This document shows, one piece after another, positions 53,401 to 64,000 of a stretch of DNA of 64,000 bases (position 1 is its first letter; each line of letters begins with the position of its first letter). The translations under genes were made by a program, and so were the position numbers. Origin of the DNA: Balanoglossus misakiensis. Taxonomy: Eukaryota; Animalia; Hemichordata. The notes under the pieces are model-generated. The model did not search any database and was not told the DNA's origin. It saw only the letters and a list, made by a program, of their open reading frames with translations. The stretch is from assembly GCA_040954595.2 (NCBI GenBank), contig CM082579.2:7119625-7183624 (forward strand), given 5' to 3'.

Positions 53401-56400
53401 TCTAGTGAATACATTGATAGTTTAGTGGATCTGAACATGTACATGTCATGATGTGTTAGTTAAATAACCTAGAATCAATCAAGCATTTTCTTGGCCATGC
53501 AAAGCCAAATTGTGTATTTGCTTACAGTCTGGCGACAAGAACACACAGGATAGGTTCCAGACTAATGATTACTGCTGTACCTTGAAATGAGACCAATCAG
53601 TAGAGGTCCACATACATCCTTTGATTGGGGACATGTTCATTCCTGTCAAATTTATCTGTCTGTACAAACACAAAACATTACAAACATGTGACTGAAAATA
53701 CAGTCTCAGAGAAGTCTATTATTAATTAAACTCCAAAACCACACTCAAAAATAATAATAATTTTAGATAGTATAGAAAAATTCATCTTATTTATTGAACA
53801 TGATTGTATTACCAGGGCTGGGCAGTATCACAAGGAATTTACTGCTTGTGTCAACCTGGTAGGGCCCATCAGTCAAGGAGGACAAGGATGTGTAGTGTAC
53901 ATTATCTGTAAATTCCAAGGTTCCCCTATCATACTTTGGTATGCTGTAATGAATGCGGAGGTCATTGCTGGTGTACGTTTAAAACTTTCCCTGAATGCAG
54001 TGCATTGTAGGAATAGTGTCAGGGTGGCCAGCAAGGATTGGCTCTGGTCCAGATTGCACTCTGAAAGAAAGCAATACGTAGGCAGTGTATGTGTGTCTCC
54101 CTTCAGACATGTACCTAAATCCTCCACCCCCCCCCCCAGAAATCAAATGGTTCTCCCTATATAGCCTGCAACCTCCCAGTACATGTAGATCTCAGTATCA
54201 TATCTTGGCATTTGTCTGATTTCAAGTGACCTTTGTTTAATGTCCAGTCCATGGACAAGTACATGTACACTCATAACTGGTACGTGATGTAGGTAGCATA
54301 CTGTCCGAAATGTCTTATTGGTGTATGCCGTGTTAGAGTTCTTCACATACATGTACATGCAGGTTCTGTACTGTACCAGACCAGACCATGCCTATTTTTG
54401 AAGTTTGACCTCATTGTTCGAGTTACGGCCAGTGAATCAAAAGTGTTTTCATTTTCAAAACCAATGGTGAGAGCTCAAACTGGTACATGAATGATGAACA
54501 TGTACCAGAGCCGGCATACATGTAATTCATCTACCCAGATCAAATGTTAGGATCAAATGTTAGGCCAAGACCTACATGTACATGTACGTACCCCACCTCC
54601 CCATCACACCCGACCTTGTCGGGGCTCTGGTTCCAACACAGTGTGACCCCGATGGTTATTTTAAGTCGACGTGAAACCTATACCTTCACAGAGGCCGTAA
54701 ATAAAATGTCTATTGCAGACCCCGCTGTTATGTCCCTAGCTGAGCAATTCAAGACATGGGGGTGCACATTTGTTAACCGCACCCTGCCGTCTAAGGCTCT
54801 CCACAGCTCTCAGTTGAATCCTGTATGTGATATTATCAAATCCCATAGGTCTCTGATACTGAGGAAATTCAAGCCACTGAACGATGTATCAACTTCTGGA
54901 TATTATATGTAATTTGAATACATATGTGTGGTTGATAATAAATTTGATACAGGTCAACGTGTACACATTTCAAGTGAAAACGAACCATCCCACGTGAAGA
55001 TCAGTGAAACGTACGTGTACATCACAGCCCCCCCCCCCCCCCCCATAATGAATCCTTTATATTTTTATCATCCATACAAATTCATATTGTAATATTATGA
55101 ACATTGGGATCTTTAATATAGAAGTGTTAAACTTTATTGATATTTCATAATTTTTGCCCATACTTCAGTTAGTTTTTCTGGTTATATTATCACTCGAGTA
55201 GTAATGGCAAAGTTGGCATTTTAATCAAGTGCACACTATTACAACATTTTTGTAGTGTCGTGTTGCCCCAAAATTATTTTACCATTTCTAAAATAACTTC
55301 CACAAAGTTTAATGCAGCAATAAAATATTACTTTACAACAGCATAGTGGTACTCTTCTGAGTTAGCATCTCTGTTTGTATGATGTGAGTAGATCATGCAT
55401 ATGTCCTTTATAGTTGAAGTTCTGACTTGACGAATTAAGTTAAATTATGCATGAAATTATAGATGTTCTCTTAGCCAGCAAGCTCAGGACCTAAGGTGTA
55501 TTGTATTTGCCATATTTCTCCGTAGATTATTTCTTATTTCTTGCCCATTCATAAATCAATCACAGGTCCTCAACTGGCAGTTATATTAAATATTGGAGGT
55601 TTTTTTTTACCTGCTCATCCTGTAGATATCTATCAAGTAAATTGACATGGTACTTAAGTTAGACACAAAGGCAAATATTGAATTATGGTAGGTATTAGCC
55701 AGGTAATTGGGAATTTCTATAATGAGCATACATGAACCATGTATACACTGTCTGACTATTTTGAGAATGTATGATGGCTGTATACATCGGTGTATGTCTG
55801 TGTGTGTGTGTGATTAATTTGAAGTATTTGGCAGACGAGTGAGTCATCCACAGTAAATATCTTTCCATTTTTATCCAGTGTCACCTTATGCCTGTGAATG
55901 TGATTTATATGAGTGGAGTTGTGCCCTCTAAGCTGATTAGATACCTTTGTTTCCAGAGCAAAATGGAGAATTTATTGTCCCACGATGTATGACCGATTTA
56001 TTCCCTGTATAGCCTGTGCTTGATTTAATGTACATTTACCATACATGGGGATGAGGCCATCTTTAACAGAACTAATGGAAGTTTCACACAGATATCATTA
56101 CTCCAGATGCACAGTATGTATTAATTTTGTACCTGGTCTTGGGAATTCAGGAATTCTGTGCCCCTCCCTGTGTTGATAGTTAGCGAAATGAATTGAAATT
56201 ATCCTGTTGTGATGTGCACATTTATCGTTACCTATTTATGGCTTTGGGAATTGTAATAAATAAAATGCGTAAGGTCTGAACTTAATTAAGATCTCAAACA
56301 GAACACTTCATACCTTCAGCATTAAAAAGAGAATTGCCAAACAGACGTTGTAGAAATAGACCCAGACTTTGTGACTGTTTCAAACATACCAATCTGCCTA

Positions 56401-59400
56401 TATGTGTATTACCAAGGGGTGAATATTTCAGTTCATAAAATATATTCAGTGATTCATTGAGTTTGGATAGGGACATACCCAGTAAATCATGATTTGACCT
56501 CTGACCCTCACGTGCCATCAAATCAAATTTAGTTTGAAGGCTTGAGCAAGGAGATTATATTAATCCATCATCTGTGGCCCTTAATCCCAAGTTAATTTAC
56601 TTTTAATCTCCTGTCCTTCCCATAAAATTTATTCAAGCTAAGTTTGTTGATTGGATGTTTTTATTTTCAAAAATATATGACTTGTATTTCAAAATTATGT
56701 ATGAAAATATATATATTTTAATGATTGCGAAGTCTAATATTAAGAAGAGTTTCTGTATTTCTCAGATTTCAACATGATACATGAATTCCAGTTCGATGTA
56801 CTGTTGAAACCCCATCCATAAATTATCTACTATCTTCCCATGAAAAGAAGATTTTGTTGTAATATATTGAGATCCTGTAGAAGAGGATTAAAGTATCGCC
56901 TGTATATGTACACGTGGAACTGAATAAAAAAATCGGGTTAGAAAATTCTTCAGTTTGATGGAGTTGTACTATAAATTAATAATCCATTGGTGATGATTAA
57001 CATGAATATTATGCTTGGTAATACAGGAAAAGTTCACTGGTGATGATAAGATTAAGAAGTAGAGGCAAATGCCTATTACATGTACATGTACTTTTTTCCT
57101 GATGTTTTCCAACTGTCCCCCCCTTATTCTAAGTATTAGCTGCATAGTACATCTGTGACATTGCAAAGCATGTATCTAATCTAATTATAAGATCTTAGTG
57201 TGGCGCTATCTTCTCAGTGACCTCTCAGTGACCCCAGGTCAGTTCAGTGACCTCTCCGTGGTCACCATGGGCAACTCATGTATTTTGATGTCAGACAAGT
57301 ACACATGTGAATAGGATTTACGATTACTTCTTTTTCAAAACTCTTCAATCCATGGTTATTTATTGGCTTGGCACAAACGTAACTTATTTAAAACGACTCG
57401 CTTTAAAAATATCAACACCATGGTGACATCACTAGAAATATGCTGTAATTTTTTGATGAAAATAAATGCTTGAAAGTGTCTCTGTTTGTCCGAATTACTG
57501 TGATTTCTTAACTTGAATCTATTGAAAATATGATGTACACATATATATTCAGTTGTCATATAAACACAATGTACTGTATTCAGGACCTTATTTCATTCCT
57601 TTAGATTATATCACTTGGCTGTATTGAGCATGTATCAATTCAAGTCTCCTCCATCCATTTCATCTTTGACAACCTCATTTTAAAGTCTCTTGTGTCTTTC
57701 TGGTTTTATTCACAGCTGATTCCTTGAAAGAGTTTGGCAGGTTGATAGCGTCGATCGAAGATGAACGTGACAGAATGGTAAGCTTTGGATAGCATTTTGT
57801 GTGGATCATTGATGATAGTTTATGTTTCAGGAGTGGCTGTAGTCAGTCGTAATCATTTTCCTATCGGCATGATGTCTTGGGATCCCAGTTTTTGCGCACA
57901 CACCCATCTACATCATATAAACATGTAATTATTTTAGGTTGCTCTGATCACCACATGTGTTGAATAAGAAGGCACGTTTGTGTGGAACATTGATGGGCTG
58001 ATATGAATGATATGATTTTACTGCCAGGAATCATTTTTGTACTCTCTTCCCTGTCTCCATTTTTGCACTTGTCCATCGCTTGATCATAAATGCAATTCCT
58101 TTGCAGTCAGAGTACATGTACCACTGTTATCTTGCATTGGTACAACCTTCATTGGTACTGAGAGATAACTGTGGTTTATCTGCAGTTCTGGCGATCAGAC
58201 ATGACCTACATTGCATCTGTATATACCGGAGGCCATGATTTATGAACACAAGACTGGTGCATTGTACAGTACACACAGAGCCTCTTCTAAATATAGCCCC
58301 ATGAAACCGTAGCCATTCTCTAATAGCTTTGAATCTGCTGGGATGTTCCTGAGATGTGCAGCTGTTCACATCCTGACTTTGGGGGTTGGCGATGTCGTCC
58401 GGCAAACTGTGCAGTCTCTGTGATTAATTTAATGTTTCCTGCCAACTGGGATGTGTCTCTCACTGAGCCCATACATCAAATGCGGTCCGTTTTCTCTCTG
58501 GTGACCTCATTCTCAATTGCAAAATTAGCTCTCTGGCTGTGAGTGCCCCGGGCCATGATTTGTCAATAGTGTAAATTAGTGAAGATTTGGTCGTGCTGAT
58601 TCTGCGAATACTGAGGTCGAGCTAACTACACCTCTGCAATTATTGAGATGGTGTTTGAGGGGCACCGTAATCGACAAAGGTGATGGTGTTCACTATACAT
58701 CCGAACACTGACTGACGAAGGTGCTCCAGTCAAGATGAGACTTTGCCACACCTATGAAGAAAATGTTGCTGCCCAAAGCAACTTGTGAGCAATATTTCAC
58801 CTACAGTCCACACTTGATAGTCATTTAAATGCTTGCATTCCTGTTCACGTCACCTTGAGCAAACAAACTGAGCTCTCCCACCGTTTGTAAAAACATAAAC
58901 CTCTGTTATATCAGAGTACTTCAGAAAATACCTGCATTGGCCCACAAGAATTTAGCGGCACTTTGTCGTTTTATGAAAATTTAAAGGGGATTATGGCAAC
59001 ATCTCATAAACAAGGCTGAATTTTTCAGAAAAACATTCCACTCTGTGACTTGTAGAATTCTGCGGAAATTCAGCTAAATAGGTTGAAGATTGTGGTTTTG
59101 AGACATTTCAAAATATGAGGAGCTTAAAATCCATTGGTGTATAATGGAAAGATTGTGCACATACAACAGTAGGCGTTTGAACCTTGTCAGCAATAGAAAC
59201 CAATGTATGCATCGAATCAGTCAGTTTTGCCTTAATAGTTTACACAGCCTGTGTTTCGTTTGTAGTAAACTCATTACGTGATTCTTTTTCTTCCGTTTCA
59301 GTTGGAGAGGGCCTATGATCAGTTCATTCTGCCGCTGGAGACCTTTAGGAAGGAACAGATTGGTTTAGCAAAGGTAGGTGATCTGTGGGACATCTCCAGA

Positions 59401-62400
59401 TACAATGCAGTGGCTGAGCTAATGCATGTATTTCACTGTTGAAACTGGTGTATACTATTGATGCAGAAGTTGTCTATTTTGCAAACATTAAAGCTGCACT
59501 ACATGTATTTATGGCTGTGATACTTTGTGATTGAGAAGTTTTGCAATTTTTCTCATTTCTACAAAGATTGATCTCCGTTTTCCATGCACTCGTACCAAGG
59601 TCAAGTTCATACTTTGTTTAAACCTTCCAAGCCTGTTCAGCATTGACAGTGAATATAGCCTATGGGAGGGTCTCCTGGATTCAATTGACCTACATCTAGG
59701 TTTCGCTCCTAGAGTCTTCAGAGGAACGGATAGAGAGAGAGTCTCAAATTACAAACGACAAAACGTGGCAAAATTAAGTGGGAAGTTGTGTTGTTCAAGG
59801 TTGTGACAGACACGGTTGGACGGACTTTGGGGCGGAATGTTCAACCCCCCCCCCCTATAGAGAGGAGTTGAGGAATGTAGGTCAGACCTCACCACTGCAA
59901 AACTTTTTACTGCTTGATTAGATAGTTAGCAAATGGCTGTATAGAAACTGTAGGAGAATACACTTGAACACACACAATGGAAGAGTTTGTATGGTCCCAA
60001 GTCAAGTGGAATTCCTGAAGTGGGCGCCCAGGGTATTCATTGCCAAGTACGTCGGAGAGTGTCTCCATAGGTTTGGTCAGGTGCCCTCTATGAAACCAGT
60101 ACAAACTGCCCCACTATGTATATGGTACTGAAATGAAAGTCAGTATAAATGTTTACAGCAGCAGGATTGCAGTACTGCAGGAAAAAAAAAAGCGTCTTAT
60201 GAAGCTGTTGAATACAATAGATCTCATAAGTGTATCACAAAACTAATTCAGTAAACTTAAAAAAGGAGACATCTGGTAAGGAATGCTCTTATCATATCAG
60301 TGTCCTTTAATTGGTTAGTGACAAAACCAAGAAGCAGAAGATTTGGATGAAAATCCGATTGAATGCTTCAGTTTACAACCAATTACTTAGAAACCTGTCA
60401 GTTTTATGTTTGAATTTGACGAGTTTTAATTGGTGGCATATAGTGGCATTCTAATGTCCCTTGACCACAGCCATTCATTTAGTGTGAAAGCTGTGTGGGA
60501 TTTTTAGTAGGGGTAGGCATTTGTCTAGTGTGCTGTAAAGTTTAATTGATATTGAATTGATATTTATGGCTTCAGCTGGTGCATGTATTTCTGGGTCTTT
60601 TGAATACTTGTATGTCAGGTTCAGTGATGTTGGAATCAGTTGGGACATTTTCATGAAATATGGCCATCTACATGTACGGATGAGGGCATAGTCATGACCA
60701 TGTTCTGTTGTTCTGTTTTAGGTGAAACTACGTAATAGACCGTCCAATAACCTCAGTTGTTCCTTTATTTATTTCAGGAGGGTAAGAAGAAGTTTGACAA
60801 GCAAACAGAGAAGTTCTGTTCTATGCTGGAAAAACATGTGAATTTGTCTTCCAAGAAAAAAGAAACTTCCCTACAAGAGGTGGGTACTTTGAAGTGGGAT
60901 TAGAACGGCGTTTAATCCACGCAGTTTAGATTTCTCAATGTCATCCAGAATTTCCCCCAGGACTATAGCAAAATCAGGATGTATTGAAAAATATACTCAC
61001 TTGAGAAAAGAACAACATAATTAATTGAATCGGAGCACACTACGTAAAATGCAAATGAGCCATACTTGCAGGGATCGTGTGAGGGCAGTCTTAGTGGTAG
61101 AGGTCAGCCATGCTTGATGGAATTTGATGGATCGTGTTATATTCACAGGCGAGGATTTCATCAATTCTGCTCAAACACTGTATTGGTAAATCTGACTCTG
61201 AATTTGTTGCCTAGTATACAATTAGCAGAGAAAGAAAACCCCGCAAAGGACAAAATCTCTGCAGTTTCCATAGAGAGAATGATGTATGCATTTACAAGAC
61301 CTCATGCAGTGCTCCCTGCATGCATACTAATTAGTCAAGAAATATAGAGACTATAAATAAGCCAGTGTCATGGAAACCCTAACAAGTCTATACCTGGGGA
61401 GGCCATTGATGATTAATCAAGGCTTTGATGAAGGAAACTCGCTGAGATGTTGTGTTCTGTCACAAGGGCCTTTTTCCTTGGTGTGAGAATTTGCTGGGGT
61501 ATAATTTCCAAGTGTTCAAATTTACACTCCAGGGTATTTTTTAAACAAAGACAGAATTCTTTCTACTTGAGTTTTTTTGCTAACAGGGGGGGGGGGGGGG
61601 GGGGGGGGGGTAAAATTAGTCCAAAATTACAGCTTTTAAATGAACCCTTTCACCCCAAGTTCCATCTGTAGAGGTCCAACCTTACCATAGACAACAATGC
61701 GTTTGGACTGAACCATGGTGATGTTGAAAGGGTTAATGTAAGGTTGTCATATTTTTCAAACATTAAGAAATAAGAATTTGCTGCCAATTTTTTTTAAATT
61801 CCAAACTGAATCTTCTGTGTGTTATTGTTTACACTTCAGGCGGACTCCATGTTGGATTCAGAGAAAAAGAATTTCCACCAGGCATCTTTGGACTACGTCT
61901 TCAGGCTGCAAGAAGTCCAAGAGAAGAAAAAATTCGAATTTGTTGAAATAGTGAGTCGGTGTGGGTCATGCTTCTTTACTGCAGTGTGATCTTTCTATAT
62001 CCATGCAGTCACGCTGTGTGACACCCTTTATCAGCTGAAAGGGTTAAAGGGACATTTGTGATGCACAGACGAACTTTAGTTTCCCAACAAACAGTTTTGT
62101 GCATAGACGAATGCCTGTTTTTAACAAATATATGCCTTTAAAGAATAATTTGATTGGACCAATAGTTGTACGGACAAAGCTGTGAAGCTTAAAATATAGA
62201 ATTCTTCACAACCATGTTGATGTATTCTTTCTGTCTCAGCCAATTCTTGAGGTTGCCTTGGTAACACTGTTGCTTTAATCCATGCACTGGTTATTCTTTC
62301 TCTGCCTACAGCTTCTGGGGTTCATGTACGGCTGGTTGACCTTCTATCATCAAGGTAAGACATGATTTCCATTTCTGGTACAACCATGACCATTTTAAGA

Positions 62401-64000
62401 ATAGCATTTTCCTTATTAGGGTAAACTGTTTGTTCCTGGTGTCAAATCATCCACTGTGTCAGTCAAAATGTATGGTGTACGTACAGTACACTTATTTTCA
62501 CATGATTGATAGTGTCTGTGAACAGATTTTGGAATGGGCCCATAGAAATACTGATCACATAGGCTACAGTTTTGCAAGGACTGGTATAATGAGTTCAGGA
62601 TGACTTTGACAGTACCGTGCTACATTTTTTTTATGGGAAGTCTGTTAGGCCTGTGCCATTCAACTTTAACAAAGTCACTGACCGTGGAAGTCAGTGACTG
62701 GAAAAAGTGGAAGCTAAACAGTGTCCGCGCATTACGTTTTCTAAGTGACACGTGAAGAGATCAGCGAGCAAACAGTCTGACAAGTACATTTAGGGGGATA
62801 ATATGCCACATGTGTGTGCAGAACAGGGCTGGAGTTTGACAGGTTTCATCTATAATCCCACACTTAGCACAACACACCATTGTGGCCAGACTGACAAGTA
62901 TCACAGCTGAGGTGTCGCGACTTTCGGCAAACGTGTGAGACTTTTCATGTCGTTTATAAAGGAAATTCCTGCCTTTTATTGAGCGGTGTAACATCAGCGC
63001 ACACCTTAGCTGCCAGCTCGCCTGGGAAAAATAGTGGTCTGATTGTTAGACCTGCGAGTTGACGGCAAACATGGATACGATGATTTATGTCCGTTTCCCT
63101 CTGAGTGCTAATAGATTGAAAAGTTGTTGATTTTTACGCGACCTCAGTTGCTAGTCGGTCGTCATCTGTGGAGGGCATGAAGGCATTGTAAGGCTCTTTC
63201 TCGCTCCTGCTGCCTGAAAACTGTGTTTATTAAACATAATAAAAAAAATTACTAGTATGTTATAATACATATGCATATGCATAGGTAATGTATGCATGGG
63301 CAGTGTCAATTAATATTAAGATGTTGTTGACACAATATTCATATTTGAATGTATTTAACAGGTCATGAACTCAGAAAAGAATTCAAACCGTACATGACAG
63401 ACCTGCAGTTGAAGTTACAGAATGTAAGTTCCTAACAGAATTATTCAAATTGTACTAAAATTCTATCTCCTTGCCATCCATCAGTCTCATGAATCTCAAA
63501 GAGTCTTCTATCTTCTTGCCATCTGCCTGAGTCTCACTGAAGTATTATTATTTTCTGTTTCAGACCAGAGACAATTTCAACAACACACGGGAAGAAACTG
63601 AAAGTTTGATGAAGAAAATGCAAGAGGTGGGTGTGGTGACAGTAGACAAGACGAAAAAGCGTCTGCCACCTGTTGCGTCTTGTTTGATGTGACATAGAAA
63701 TTATCTTCATTTTCCAATGCAGGGGTTTGTTCCCTGTTGCAGGGGTTAGGTGTTGAGGCATAGCAGATTAGGCATACTGTCATCCATCTGTTTCATTTAT
63801 CATACCAGATGTCATTTTTTTTTGTCAATCGCAATGTGTCAGACAGTCTGACTGTGTTTGCGTGAGGGTCAGATGGCTGTAGCTAATGAGGCGAGACACC
63901 AGTAAAACACACAGCCTCATGGGATCATTTTAACAGCGTTTTGTTGGTTTTCATTTTCTCTGGTTGCAGAGGCCACAGGATGGCAAGGCACCAAGACTGT
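44444..64000 (+). CDS. GRAF/oligophrenin-family Rho GTPase-activating protein (ARHGAP26/10/42/OPHN1-like), N-terminal BAR domain; 3' part beyond the window
   Basis: Exons 44444-44597, 48338-48433, 57716-57777, 59302-59373, 60778-60879, 61840-61950, 62312-62354, 63362-63423, 63564-63626, 63970->64000. Translation [113 protein letters not shown]. Confidence 0.95.
61643..61736. repeat. Short dispersed TIR repeat, piggyBac-like ends; degenerate second copy at ~19465-19520
   Basis: AACCCTTTCA...TGAAAGGGTT(AA) termini. CATCTGTAGAGGTCCAAC is shared exactly between 61663-61680 and 19473-19490, with further similarity downstream. Confidence 0.5.

Noticed and set aside
62673-62699. 10-bp stem hairpin AGTCACTGAC..GTCAGTGACT and other 12-14 bp palindromes
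   Set aside because: Short enough to arise by chance or local slippage.

Overview
Intron-rich, AT-rich animal genomic DNA, probably from an invertebrate deuterostome such as a hemichordate or echinoderm (inference from gene content). I assembled six spliced protein-coding genes by hand from GT/AG sites and reading-frame phase. On the minus strand are two tandem HLF/TEF/DBP-type PAR-bZIP paralogues with an unnamed 4-exon PH-domain-like gene between them, a 22-exon STXBP4 (two PDZ, EF-like, coiled coil, WW) and ZNF330/NOA36. On the plus strand, head-to-head with ZNF330, is the BAR-domain 5' part of a GRAF/oligophrenin-family RhoGAP that runs off the window. The main accessory element is a 6.7-kb Academ-type DNA transposon with ~620-bp TIRs and a TAA target duplication. 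Its DDE transposase/XPG-like nuclease/Cys8 ORF is broken by one extra base, and it lies in what appears to be the first STXBP4 intron in the host orientation. Smaller elements include a 1.18-kb P-like element, a MITE inserted exactly at a PAR-bZIP stop codon, and several palindromic or hairpin repeats. Most short ORFs in the supplied track are noise. I found no clearly new biological system. The best leads are the Academ element, the orphan PH gene, and the duplicated PAR-bZIP pair with E-box/D-box promoters.
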